64,000 nt of DNA from NCBI GenBank assembly GCA_027263115.1, contig GCA_027263115.1_3656.1, one strand, 5' to 3'. Of the stretch, positions 25,616-35,012 are shown in pieces (position 1 is the stretch's first letter; every line of letters begins with the position of its first letter). The notes beneath the pieces are model-generated. The model was not told where the DNA came from, searched no databases, and saw nothing but the letters and a program-made list of their open reading frames with translations. Origin of the DNA: a phage. A program made the translations under genes and the position numbers.

Positions 25616-26086
25616 CTACTTAAATAGTAGTTCAAAATAGTGCAAAATTAACAGAAGTTGAACTACACCTAGTGCAACGGCGAGTATGTTAATCTTAGAA
25701 TCGAAAAACTTCTTAACTTTTACTCTAAAAGGTTCCTTAATGTCCTTTACGATCCTATCTATAGATGACCTCATATCTCTGATTACCATCCTGAACATTA
25801 AAGACGGATGCTCCCCCATCTCTGTAACGGAATCGAAAACATACTCTCTTCGGTCATAAGGGCCGCCAGCTCTGCGTATTAACCTCTCCACAGAGACCTC
25901 GAACGTCACACCTGTAACGTAATCATCTATAACAAGTCGTGACGGGTCTTTACCTTTACTATCAAGAGGTATCAAAGTTATCTTTCCAGATTTTGTTAAA
26001 ATTTCCCCTTTTTCAAGCAAGGTGTACCAATGCTCTCTGCCAAGACTGTTGAGGCACGTTTTTACATATTTAACAAACATCGTCAC
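25616..26086 (-). CDS. hypothetical protein with C-terminal TM helix
   Basis: 156 aa. Confidence 0.55.
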   Translation of the reverse strand: MTMFVKYVKTCLNSLGREHWYTLLEKGEILTKSGKITLIPLDSKGKDPSRLVIDDYVTGVTFEVSVERLIRRAGGPYDRREYVFDSVTEMGEHPSLMFRMVIRDMRSSIDRIVKDIKEPFRVKVKKFFDSKINILAVALGVVQLLLILHYFELLFK

Positions 26087-26286
26087 CCCTCATCGCACGT
26101 CTGATATAACCACTCTATAAAATCTTGATACCATTCGCCCTCTGAGCGCTCCGTAGGCCAATAATCTTCACCCTCTCGTGCATTAAAATCTGAGTATTCA
26201 ACTTTCCACTCCTTTACCAGCTCGTGGAGAAGGTTTTCAGCCTGCTCTAAAGATTTATTTTTTACCATTGCTGTCTCCTTTTTCAA
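26083..26286 (-). CDS. hypothetical protein
   Basis: 67 aa, ATGA coupling, SD AAAGGAGA. Confidence 0.5.
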   Translation of the reverse strand: MKKETAMVKNKSLEQAENLLHELVKEWKVEYSDFNAREGEDYWPTERSEGEWYQDFIEWLYQTCDEG

Positions 26287-26351
26287 GATAGTTATACATC
26301 AGAACTGCACCACCTAAGATGGCTACCAGTAACAATATCCCAGATAGCATC

Positions 26352-26504
26352 TCAATAAACATGGCTTGAAACACTGGAAGGTCTCCCTAAATTAACGCAC
26401 CATTTTAAATACATGCTCTTTTCCCATAAAGGTGCCTGGCTAAGATCTGCGTAGAACGCAATCTCTTTAAGAACAGTATAGATAGTTTTAGGTGCGGTCT
26501 CCAT
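26352..26504 (-). CDS. small hypothetical protein (50 aa)
   Basis: Internal ATG preceded by AGGAAGGAGA (track ORF 26352..26540 trimmed). Confidence 0.35.
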   Translation of the reverse strand: METAPKTIYTVLKEIAFYADLSQAPLWEKSMYLKWCVNLGRPSSVSSHVY

Positions 26505-26715
26505 CCCTACTCTCCTTCCTGATATTCTTGTAGTAATCAACTAGGCACATTATTACGATGAAGATAACAACAGGCCAAAAAGGTGCAGCAGTGATGATGG
26601 TGATAAAATCATCAAACTTCACCCTTCGTCTGGACACGATGCATACACCTGTCAAGAATACCGCTGTTATAACGGACATTACCAGGTAACCTATTAGCAC
26701 AACATTTATACTCAT
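26488..26715 (-). CDS. holin-like small membrane protein (two TM helices, charged C-terminus)
   Basis: 75 aa; two hydrophobic helices and a KESRDGDRT tail. Confidence 0.4.
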   Translation of the reverse strand: MSINVVLIGYLVMSVITAVFLTGVCIVSRRRVKFDDFITIITAAPFWPVVIFIVIMCLVDYYKNIRKESRDGDRT

Positions 26716-26745
26716 TGGTCCTCCCTTTGTAGGTTAAATTGTATA

Positions 26746-27279
26746 CTACAAATGGTCGCTGAGGGTGTCAAGAAAATTATCCCGTTCTTTCTCAGAGTTT
26801 TCATGTGTGTAGCTGAAAAACATATCGAGAATAACCTTATTGATATATTCCAGCTCCTCTGTGTTCAGATGCTTAGCAGGATCTACAATGACATCCCAAA
26901 TATCATACAGACCACACTCATGATACCCATAACGCCACTCAATTGTCAAGCTGAGCGGCAAATCTTTACCTTCACAAACAACCTTCCATCTACATATGTT
27001 GGTATCTGGTCGTACCTGTGCACGGTACACCTGCACAAAATCCAATTTGAATTTGAGGTACTCGTCATACAATTTAAGCACAAAGCTCTCGATTTGTGGA
27101 GACACTTTTGCAGCAAACTGTGCGTATTTGTACTTGCACTGGATGATCTTTCTGCGTTTTGCAGTTAAATTTTTTGCCGCCAGTTGTTCTTCAGTGTATC
27201 TCCACCTACGATCAACAAACGCAACAGGGTCTTTGTCCCCATAGAGGTCTTCCCAGTTAATCAGAAGCATACCTGTCAC
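26746..27279 (-). CDS. hypothetical protein
   Basis: 177 aa. Confidence 0.6.
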   Translation of the reverse strand: MTGMLLINWEDLYGDKDPVAFVDRRWRYTEEQLAAKNLTAKRRKIIQCKYKYAQFAAKVSPQIESFVLKLYDEYLKFKLDFVQVYRAQVRPDTNICRWKVVCEGKDLPLSLTIEWRYGYHECGLYDIWDVIVDPAKHLNTEELEYINKVILDMFFSYTHENSEKERDNFLDTLSDHL

Positions 27280-27509
27280 TCCTCCACAACTTCAAGGCCT
27301 TTACCGCCTCGCTCTGGCAGATTACTTAAAGATAGGTAATACATATAATCAGGAGAGATCCTGCCAGACTCTGCACCTGCAGCTAGTAAATCCTTCCCTT
27401 TAACCAGGACAACATTCTCGTTTGCAGATAGCCGTTTTGCTTCCACAATTTTACCAACACAGTCAACCAAGGAAGGGTACCCTAAATCTGTAAGAAATTT
27501 AACTTTCAT
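27276..27509 (-). CDS. hypothetical protein (MKVK / DLLAAGA paralog family)
   Basis: 77 aa; motifs MKVKFLTD, DLLAAGA, VVEE. Confidence 0.55.
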   Translation of the reverse strand: MKVKFLTDLGYPSLVDCVGKIVEAKRLSANENVVLVKGKDLLAAGAESGRISPDYMYYLSLSNLPERGGKGLEVVEE

Positions 27510-27546
27510 GCTACCTCCTACCTACCGTCCCTGGTAAGATAAATTA

Positions 27547-27945
27547 TTACTGAACAGAGCGCGGTGCTGGGAAGGATAACTCTTCTAAAGAGAAGATTTC
27601 ATTTCCTACCACCCAAGTTGCTGGGTCATCTGGATCAACAGGTTGGATAATCATTACCTCATCCGCCTCGCACACACGTTTCCCACCCATAGTAGCGTCA
27701 GCCACTAACATACGCGGCTCTTCAGAAATGCACAGGTAGCCACCTCGGCCCACTGTTCCTTCCACGGGATCCTGCCCTTTGACCACAATGAATACCTTCT
27801 CTCCTGTGGAGATATTACTTTTCACACTAACAGTTTGACCAACTTTAGATGTACCGATCTTGGTGGCTTCAAACATTAAATCCCGAATTACTGTTGCATA
27901 GTTGCCGGACACTTTCTTACCTTCTTTAGTAATCTCAATCTTCAT
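27547..27945 (-). CDS. hypothetical protein
   Basis: 132 aa, SD AAGGAG. Confidence 0.6.
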   Translation of the reverse strand: MKIEITKEGKKVSGNYATVIRDLMFEATKIGTSKVGQTVSVKSNISTGEKVFIVVKGQDPVEGTVGRGGYLCISEEPRMLVADATMGGKRVCEADEVMIIQPVDPDDPATWVVGNEIFSLEELSFPAPRSVQ

Positions 27946-28181
27946 AATCTAGGCTCCTTAAATGAATCTATGTAATCAATTAAATCCCAAGCATCGCGAT
28001 GGGCTGTCAGAGGGTATACTTCTCCGAGAGGGATCATAGCAATAAGTCTATCAAAAACCCAGTCTGGACGCAACATTTTATGGTGATATTCCCACTCACC
28101 TTCCACAGATTTTTTCTGAGTGATCAGGATCTCTGTGTAGTGTTTCGCCTGTCTTGAGTAGATTGAAAATGACTTGTACAT
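27942..28181 (-). CDS. hypothetical protein
   Basis: ATG after AGAGGGGG (track ORF 27942..28217 opens with TTG). Confidence 0.5.
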   Translation of the reverse strand: MYKSFSIYSRQAKHYTEILITQKKSVEGEWEYHHKMLRPDWVFDRLIAMIPLGEVYPLTAHRDAWDLIDYIDSFKEPRL

Positions 28182-28217
28182 AAATGACCCCCTCTTGTTG
28201 AAAACAACAATACACAA

Positions 28218-28502
28218 CTACCAGGTTACTGTCAAGTAGGCAACCGTATTATTTTTCTCTGGGGAGATGCCAACAACATCTACCTGCAGACCTCCTGCCC
28301 TTAAATCTCCAACAATGTGCGGGAAGTAATCTGAGAGATGCGAGGGTAGATTTATCGAAAATCCGCACCCCAGAAAGCCTGCTAACGCTTTATTTTGTAT
28401 CTCCCCTACAATCGCATCATAAATGGAGTTAAGCTCGTCAGGGAGCGTTACAGGGCGTTTTAGCGCTAGCTGGTGTAATTTGTCCTTAGCACTCATTTTC
28501 AT
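28218..28502 (-). CDS. hypothetical protein
   Basis: Internal ATG adjacent to stop of upstream methyltransferase gene. Confidence 0.5.
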   Translation of the reverse strand: MKMSAKDKLHQLALKRPVTLPDELNSIYDAIVGEIQNKALAGFLGCGFSINLPSHLSDYFPHIVGDLRAGGLQVDVVGISPEKNNTVAYLTVTW

Positions 28503-29032
28503 TTCAGGTCTACCTCTGGGGGTGCCAACCACATAAACGGCGGCAAGTCTAAACGGTTTTTCTTATCCCACACAAAATATGCATATGCTTGCCCGTCAGT
28601 TCTGCCGTTTGATTGAAATGATGGACGCTTAGATATTGTGATCACAGTAGTAGGTGCATTATCAAGCCACCATTCAAATCTGGCTTTGCTTTCCAGAAAA
28701 TTAAGACGCAAAAGCATAATAACTACGTCAGCATCTTTCAACGCCTTGTCTACAAACTCACGAGCCAGGCTGTATGGTGGGTTGGTGATAATACAGTCAA
28801 CATGGTTGTATTCTGTATTCAGATAGTCAACACCTTCTTGTATTTCTCCCCATGCAGATCCTAACGGCATACGGGAGTAGAACACACCTGAGGCACTATT
28901 CCTGCAAGGCTCTAAGTAGGTCCAGTCTTCTGGGAACGGAATAAGGTCATACAGCCCTTCTGCACACCACTCCGGTGTCACATACTCATCGTAGGCGTTA
29001 CGTTGTTCATCAGGTTTTCTAGCACAAGTCAT
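28499..29032 (-). CDS. DNA N6-adenine methyltransferase (small, Dam-like)
   Basis: 177 aa; catalytic IITNPPYS motif. Confidence 0.7.
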   Translation of the reverse strand: MTCARKPDEQRNAYDEYVTPEWCAEGLYDLIPFPEDWTYLEPCRNSASGVFYSRMPLGSAWGEIQEGVDYLNTEYNHVDCIITNPPYSLAREFVDKALKDADVVIMLLRLNFLESKARFEWWLDNAPTTVITISKRPSFQSNGRTDGQAYAYFVWDKKNRLDLPPFMWLAPPEVDLK

Positions 29033-29045
29033 GCAAATCTCCAGA

Positions 29046-29068
29046 TCATAAAAGCCCTCCGAAGAGGG
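29046..29068 (-). terminator. rho-independent terminator (minus strand)
   Basis: AAAGCCCTC-TTCG-GAGGGCTTT hairpin followed by TTTTAT on minus strand. Confidence 0.55.
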
Positions 29069-29083
29069 CTTTAGAATTAATGT

Positions 29084-30133
29084 TTAAGCTTCTTCGACAA
29101 TTCCTGCACCCAGGATTTTTTCATTGAGCTCTTTTGCTGTTTTAATAATATTGTCCACCAGACGCTTGCGAGTCTTATCTTTCACCTTAACCTCTTCACC
29201 GCCGTTCAGAGTAGTCTTCAATTGAGACAGAATATCCTGAAGTTCAACGACAGAGAATCTCTGCAGATCTTCTGAAGTAATCTCACTCAGGGCAATTCTG
29301 ACGGTCTCGCCACTTTCCATCTGCAGATTCAGGAACACAGTGTGAACATCACCTTTCGAACCACCCGCTTTTGCAGATTCAACAGCATGAACTAACTCAT
29401 CTAAAGATGTGCACTGGTGAATCTCCGGAAGACCTGCTTCACCTAACACGCCTTCTTCATCACCTTTTGCCAGAAGCTTTTTCGGTTTTTGTCCGTTCTG
29501 GATGCGTTGTATGTTGCCTTCATCCAGAATAATAGCTCCAGTGCGTGCTGCCAGCTCTTCTCCGTCCAACCACACTTCGCCACCAGCTGTGATGGATGCG
29601 ATCTCATCTTCTGTCAGCACCCCACCGTAGTATTTTTCGATCAGGCGTTCAAAACGTTTTTTCCAGTAGCTGACCTGAGTATTCATGTTCACACCGTTAC
29701 CATAAGTGCCACCTTGATAGTAGTGGAACATAAACTCTGTGTCCGGAGCCACAGTACGTTCTTTACAACCAAGCCATAAGATTGTTCCAGCAGAGCAGCA
29801 CATCCCTTCAGCATGTGCAACAACGCTTGCCTGAGACTCTCGGAATGCCTGCAGATAAGCCATTGCAATGTGCACGCAACCCCCAGGGCTATTGATGATC
29901 ACCCGAATGCTTTCTTCCGGCTGAGCCATACGGATCGTCTGCAGACGAGACATATGATCTTGTAAGTCTTCCAAATCGTCGATATAAAGAACGTGGTCAA
30001 CAACAGGTGTTGGGTAGCTGTATGTTTCCATGATACCGCCCGGCATACCAAACATTTTATTACTCATAGGTTCGAAACCGTTCTGTTTTTCTTTCATGCC
30101 GTGTACCATGGTGCTGCGAGGTGTTAAATTCAT
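29084..30133 (-). CDS. ClpP/S49-like serine peptidase with C-terminal extension
   Basis: 349 aa; VINSPGGCVHIA, GMCCSAGTIL (Ser), FHYYQGG (His) resemble ClpP-family motifs. Confidence 0.6.
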   Translation of the reverse strand: MNLTPRSTMVHGMKEKQNGFEPMSNKMFGMPGGIMETYSYPTPVVDHVLYIDDLEDLQDHMSRLQTIRMAQPEESIRVIINSPGGCVHIAMAYLQAFRESQASVVAHAEGMCCSAGTILWLGCKERTVAPDTEFMFHYYQGGTYGNGVNMNTQVSYWKKRFERLIEKYYGGVLTEDEIASITAGGEVWLDGEELAARTGAIILDEGNIQRIQNGQKPKKLLAKGDEEGVLGEAGLPEIHQCTSLDELVHAVESAKAGGSKGDVHTVFLNLQMESGETVRIALSEITSEDLQRFSVVELQDILSQLKTTLNGGEEVKVKDKTRKRLVDNIIKTAKELNEKILGAGIVEEA

Positions 30134-30193
30134 GAGAAATCCTTAATATTGGAAGTTGAAAGCTATTTATTTAAACCTGATTCACATTTACCT

Positions 30194-30505
30194 TTATTTA
30201 GCAATCACTATGGAATACTTACGATTGTCAGAAGCATCACAGCTCAATGATTGCCAGTCTACCACATACCACGTATCATTGTCAACAATTACTTTATCGC
30301 CTGTTCTGTAGCAGGTGCTGCTTTCAATAATCCGAGACTCGATAAAGAATCTGTGTCGGCGCTCACGTAGCAACGCTAAGTTGATTATATTACCACCACT
30401 GTCCTTGATCCACACATTCTTGGATCCTTTATTTGCCAAAATTGTCTCGCCGTTATAGACAAACAGGCAGTATATTTTATTCAGTCTCTCTTGTATTGTA
30501 GCCAT
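30194..30505 (-). CDS. hypothetical protein
   Basis: 103 aa. Confidence 0.55.
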   Translation of the reverse strand: MATIQERLNKIYCLFVYNGETILANKGSKNVWIKDSGGNIINLALLRERRHRFFIESRIIESSTCYRTGDKVIVDNDTWYVVDWQSLSCDASDNRKYSIVIAK

Positions 30506-30608
30506 ACTATCTCCTTCTCCTTGTCTTGTCCGATAATAATATCTAAAGCTTACCTGTTTGTCAACAACTGTTTTAGATATTTAAGGGTGGAATAACCACC
30601 CTTCTGTA

Positions 30609-31397
30609 TTACTCGGAAACAGGGGTCCAAATATGATTTGCACGATCCTCAATAAGATTGAGTGCAATCTGACGACCCAACCCGGAACGAACAACATCGT
30701 CTGGACTATCAAAGCTGATCATTCCAACCTCAGGGTCTGGATGACGAGTAAAGAAATCCGTCACCCATGCAAGGCCAGATTTACCAGGGATGTCACGTTG
30801 GCTATTATCGCCCATAATTACAAGGGTGGCCTGATCAGAGATCCTTGTGATAATTGACAACATTTCTTCAGGGTTAGTTTGCTGTGCCTCGTCAATCAGG
30901 ACAAAGCATCGCTCATCGAAACTACGACCACGAATGCTTTCAACCTCACAAATCTCGATACGGCTGTTCTGACCGTCTCCCAGCATTGCGGCAAAAGCAC
31001 CTTTGCCAACACGACGACAAATCGTGTCCATCATGCTTCGAAGATAGGGCCACAGTTTCTGCATTGCATTTCCAGGTTTAAATCCTGAAGTCTTTCCTGT
31101 CTGAACGTAAGGACGTGCAACAATGATCTTATCAATCTCGTTCTTACGCAGAAGATCACCTGCATATGCAGATGCCATGAATGTCTTACCGGATCCAAAC
31201 ACACCGTTTACAATGATAATCTTACGTGACCCTAGATAATCAAGATACTTTTGCTGCTTCTTATTCATTGGTCGGAGAGCTGGAGCGGTGTGCTCTCTTT
31301 CGTCAGCAAATTTCTCAGCAGCCTTGCGCAGGCGATCAGATTTGCGAGCCTCTCTAGCTTCATCACGCATGCGTTTTGTTTCTTTAGCTCGACCCAT
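30609..31397 (-). CDS. phoH: PhoH-like ATPase
   Basis: 262 aa; Walker A GVFGSGKTF and PhoH-like overall pattern. Confidence 0.85.
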   Translation of the reverse strand: MGRAKETKRMRDEAREARKSDRLRKAAEKFADEREHTAPALRPMNKKQQKYLDYLGSRKIIIVNGVFGSGKTFMASAYAGDLLRKNEIDKIIVARPYVQTGKTSGFKPGNAMQKLWPYLRSMMDTICRRVGKGAFAAMLGDGQNSRIEICEVESIRGRSFDERCFVLIDEAQQTNPEEMLSIITRISDQATLVIMGDNSQRDIPGKSGLAWVTDFFTRHPDPEVGMISFDSPDDVVRSGLGRQIALNLIEDRANHIWTPVSE

Positions 31398-31435
31398 GTT
31401 GGGACTCCTTTCAGATTGAGATGTGCCAAGTACTT

Positions 31436-31786
31436 TTACTGCAACAGTTTTTCAATAGCCGCTTCCATGCTGCTTGCAACAGCCTGAACTCGGATATTCA
31501 TCTCTTCTTGGTGGATCAGCTCCTTAAGCTCTTTAATGGTAAATTCTTTAGAGAAACCTTCCACCATAATCTTGTGTAAGGCTTCTTGCGTATCTACTTG
31601 CAAGAACTTTTCCAGTTTGTTGGCAGAGGCTTCTAAATCAGCCCGAATGCGAGGGTCATCTGTGCGATTCAGCATTAGGCGTAAGCCATCAAGATTAGTA
31701 GAAATAGCGTCTGCATGTTGAGTAACTAACCGTGGCAAAATGAGATCTACAAACTTATTAGCCAAATCGATACGTTCTTGTGTCAC
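31436..31786 (-). CDS. hypothetical protein
   Basis: 116 aa, GTG start overlapping stop of upstream micro-ORF. Confidence 0.5.
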   Translation of the reverse strand: MTQERIDLANKFVDLILPRLVTQHADAISTNLDGLRLMLNRTDDPRIRADLEASANKLEKFLQVDTQEALHKIMVEGFSKEFTIKELKELIHQEEMNIRVQAVASSMEAAIEKLLQ

Positions 31787-31896
31787 TGTTGCACCCCCTC
31801 TTCATCCTCATGATGTTTCTTTTCACGCTTGTGTTTTTTCTTGAGCTCAAGCGCAATTTCTTTTTTGTACGCCTTCTTCAAGGCTTTTTTAGCCAT
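31783..31896 (-). CDS. small highly basic protein (37 aa)
   Basis: ATG after GAGGAGGTG; Lys-rich; GTGA coupling with downstream gene. Confidence 0.45.
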   Translation of the reverse strand: MAKKALKKAYKKEIALELKKKHKREKKHHEDEEGVQQ

Positions 31897-31960
31897 TTGG
31901 CACCTCCTCTGCTTTCATTTTACGATAATTATACCTATCTAAACAAAGCTTTGTCAACAG

Positions 31961-32434
31961 CTAGTCTACCTGAACCCAACCGCCTGATACTTTTTTAAAC
32001 ATTCTTTGGTTATCACTGCCTCGGAACGGTTTCTTGGTTGGTAAATCTTTTACATACTTACCGTCAATGATGATATCAGCCAGTTTAAGAACATCACTAG
32101 AGATATGGTCAAATGTGAACCCAGTATATACAAGAATAGTTTTCTTGTCACCAAATTTTTCCTTAATTTTCTCCATCAGGCTAATAATATCTGGCTCATT
32201 ATAGTATGCTAAGGGTTCTCCACCCAGCAGAGAGATACCGCACACAGACGGGTTATCTAAATCTGACAAGATTTTTTGCAAGTCTTCTTCAGTAAACTCT
32301 CTCCCCTTATCTTTTGACCAAAATGCCTGATTAAAGCAACCAGGGCAAGCGTGTGGGCACCCAGATACCCATAAGGCAGTTCTAATACCTGGCCCTTCGG
32401 TGTAAGATATTTCTGTGTATCCGGCAATATTCAT
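31961..32434 (-). CDS. nrdG: anaerobic ribonucleotide reductase activating protein (radical SAM)
   Basis: 157 aa; CPHACPGC radical-SAM cysteine cluster; adjacent to nrdD. Confidence 0.85.
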   Translation of the reverse strand: MNIAGYTEISYTEGPGIRTALWVSGCPHACPGCFNQAFWSKDKGREFTEEDLQKILSDLDNPSVCGISLLGGEPLAYYNEPDIISLMEKIKEKFGDKKTILVYTGFTFDHISSDVLKLADIIIDGKYVKDLPTKKPFRGSDNQRMFKKVSGGWVQVD

Positions 32435-32547
32435 AGATACTCCGCATCACATTTAGGGCAATGCCAAATAAAATCGTCCAGTGCCTTGCACCAACGAAGA
32501 TTGCAACGACAACCACACTTGCAAATTTTATAAATACCTGTAGACAT
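32431..32547 (-). CDS. small cysteine-rich protein (38 aa, 7 Cys)
   Basis: ATG after AGGAGGT; ATGA coupling with nrdG start; sits between nrdD and nrdG. Confidence 0.5.
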   Translation of the reverse strand: MSTGIYKICKCGCRCNLRWCKALDDFIWHCPKCDAEYL

Positions 32548-32610
32548 ACTGTACCTCCTAGCTCACTGTGTGTCAATAATATGCCACATCCTTGTGGCTT
32601 TTGTCAAGTA

Positions 32611-34734
32611 TCAGCAACCACAACTTCCGTAGTGCTTAACCCGTTCTATAACTTCCGCTTGCTTACCTTTATTGTAAGGACGGGAGTTTGGACTAGACAG
32701 GTACCCGGATACACGTCTGATCACACTGATCGTTCCCTCTTCATGGTTTCCACACTCTGGGCATACAAAGCCTTTAGCTGTTGCACTAAACTCACCAGAG
32801 AAACCACACTTGAGACATTTATCCACAGGTTGGTTAATACCAAAATACATAATGTGTTTATACCCGAAGTCAACAAGAGCCTCTAAAGCATCCAGGTTGT
32901 TTTTCAGATTTGGTGTCTCTACGTATCCGATGTTGCCACCAGAGGAGATCATAGCAAAACCTTCTTCATACTTCCACTTATCAAAAGGAGAGCTATTGAT
33001 CCATACTGGCTGATGGAAACTGTTGGTGAGATATTCATGCTCGTGCTTCAACACTTCAGGATATTCACGATCCAGACAGGTTGCAGCTTTATAGCATAGG
33101 CTCTCAGAAGGGGTGCCGTACAAGCTAAATGCTAGTCTACTTTCCTTCTTGTATCGCTCACAAGCATCTCTCATGTGCTGAAGGATTCCAAGAGCTAAAG
33201 CCTTGTCACCCTCTCTGCCCAAAATCTGACAGGTTTCATACACACCAATATACCCAATACTGATGGAAGCGTACCCGTCATAGAAGAGTTTATCAATACT
33301 CTCTTCAGGATCCAGGCGAGCAAGAGCGCCTTCACACCACATGATAGGGTTCTGCCCTGCCTTGGTGCCTTTCAGACGGTTAACCCTTACAAGGTGAGCC
33401 TCGTATGCAAGATCCAGATACTCGTCAAGAACGGCAAAGAAATCAACACCTTCCGTCTTAGCTTTTGCCGCAATCATTGGCAGGTTAAGACTAACAACAC
33501 CCAAGTTGAATCTGCCGAGGTATTTCTCCTCGCCTGTTTCCAAGTCATTGTATTTGCTAAGAAAACTCCGGCAACCCATGCTCGTTACTTTACCATCTGT
33601 CGAGCCTGTCACTTTACGATTTAGTGGAACAGAAACAAAGTCAGGATAAATCCGCTCTGCAGAGCATTCCAGAGCTAATCGTTTCAAATCATAGTTAGGA
33701 TCTCCAGGGTTCATGTTGACACCCTCTTCTAGGAAGAACAGCACTTTAGGGAACACAGGTGTGATACGTTCTTCACCAAGACCCATTTTGTGGACTTTCA
33801 AGTAATTTTTGGTAATCATTCTACCAAAGACCGAGGTATCCAGTCCTAAACTTAATGTGATGAATGGAGTTTGCCCGTTGACAGAAGTTAACGTATTGAT
33901 TTGATAGAGCAAAGTCTGCATGCTGTCAAATACGTCTTTATCTGTCATTTGCATTGCAACAGTCTCAGCATCTGGCAACCAATGTTCCTGGCAAAATTTA
34001 AGGTTCTTCTCATAGGTCGCTTCAGCATACTGTGCCAGATAATGATCAATATGGCTCATAGTCTGACCACCATATTGAGCACTAGCTACTGCACTAGAGA
34101 TTTGGCTAAGGATTGTTGTTGCAACCCCTATTGACTTCGGCTTACTGACATGGGCGTTACCAATGTTGAATCCGTTTTCCAACATATCTGGATAATTTAC
34201 CAAACAACAGTTTGTTAACGGACTGATCAAGTAGTCAAGATCATGCACATGGATGAAGCCTCTATTGTGCTCTTCTGAGACACGGTCTGGCAGGATCTGT
34301 GTTGATGCAAGGTGTTTGCTAAGGATGCCTGCAAGCAGGTCACGATGAGTGTGTACATGATTGGTAGGCTTATTTGCGTTTTCTTTTGTAAATTCATCAC
34401 AAGTGCGATCCAAGAAGCCACTAATATCTGCAAGCAGTTTTCCACCTGCCTCTCTATTATTATCTCTTGTCTGCCTATACTGGATGTATTCTCTGGCTGC
34501 ACATTTTAAACCCATATCCATAAGAGCGTCTTCAACAAGGATATGGATATTTTTTACAGAGATCGTGCACTGGTCGGTTGGTAGAGTGTTAGCAACAACT
34601 TCATTAACCGCGCAGGCGATCCGGTAAGCTTCTTCTTCAGTATGTCCAGACTCAAGTAAGGCGGACTCTGCCGCCTTGATCACCTTAATTCCGTTATAGA
34701 CCTCTTCTCTACCGTCCCGTTTTACAACTTTCAC
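32611..34734 (-). CDS. nrdD: anaerobic ribonucleoside-triphosphate reductase (class III)
   Basis: 707 aa; C-terminal glycyl-radical motif RRVSGYL and zinc-ribbon cysteines. Confidence 0.9.
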   Translation of the reverse strand: MKVVKRDGREEVYNGIKVIKAAESALLESGHTEEEAYRIACAVNEVVANTLPTDQCTISVKNIHILVEDALMDMGLKCAAREYIQYRQTRDNNREAGGKLLADISGFLDRTCDEFTKENANKPTNHVHTHRDLLAGILSKHLASTQILPDRVSEEHNRGFIHVHDLDYLISPLTNCCLVNYPDMLENGFNIGNAHVSKPKSIGVATTILSQISSAVASAQYGGQTMSHIDHYLAQYAEATYEKNLKFCQEHWLPDAETVAMQMTDKDVFDSMQTLLYQINTLTSVNGQTPFITLSLGLDTSVFGRMITKNYLKVHKMGLGEERITPVFPKVLFFLEEGVNMNPGDPNYDLKRLALECSAERIYPDFVSVPLNRKVTGSTDGKVTSMGCRSFLSKYNDLETGEEKYLGRFNLGVVSLNLPMIAAKAKTEGVDFFAVLDEYLDLAYEAHLVRVNRLKGTKAGQNPIMWCEGALARLDPEESIDKLFYDGYASISIGYIGVYETCQILGREGDKALALGILQHMRDACERYKKESRLAFSLYGTPSESLCYKAATCLDREYPEVLKHEHEYLTNSFHQPVWINSSPFDKWKYEEGFAMISSGGNIGYVETPNLKNNLDALEALVDFGYKHIMYFGINQPVDKCLKCGFSGEFSATAKGFVCPECGNHEEGTISVIRRVSGYLSSPNSRPYNKGKQAEVIERVKHYGSCGC

Positions 34735-35009
34735 TTTTTCTCTCCAAAACCATTCTTAACAAAAGAGATGAAATCGTCGGCACCGCCTATATGGACACTT
34801 TCAAGATTACTTTCTAAGAAGATCTGCGGCAACGTTCTGGGTACGATTGGACTGCACTTCTCAATAAGCTCTTCTTTTGTGTAACCCTCGCCAAGTGTCT
34901 TATATACAAAAGGCAGACCCTTACTGACTGCAAATTCTTTTGCTCTTACACAATGTGGGCAGTTATCTTTACCGTAAATAATAAAGAAAAAAGATTTTTC
35001 ACAGCTCAT
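34731..35009 (-). CDS. glutaredoxin/thioredoxin-like redoxin
   Basis: 92 aa; CPHC active site near N-terminus; adjacent to the nrd genes. Confidence 0.75.
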   Translation of the reverse strand: MSCEKSFFFIIYGKDNCPHCVRAKEFAVSKGLPFVYKTLGEGYTKEELIEKCSPIVPRTLPQIFLESNLESVHIGGADDFISFVKNGFGEKK

Positions 35010-35012
35010 GTA

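Noticed and set aside
32382-33013. Track ORFs 32382..32576 (-), 32461..32886 (+), 32810..33013 (+)
   Set aside because: They overlap nrdD or the nrdD-nrdG junction in other frames; the short Cys-rich ORF 32431..32547 with a strong SD and ATGA coupling is the better model there.
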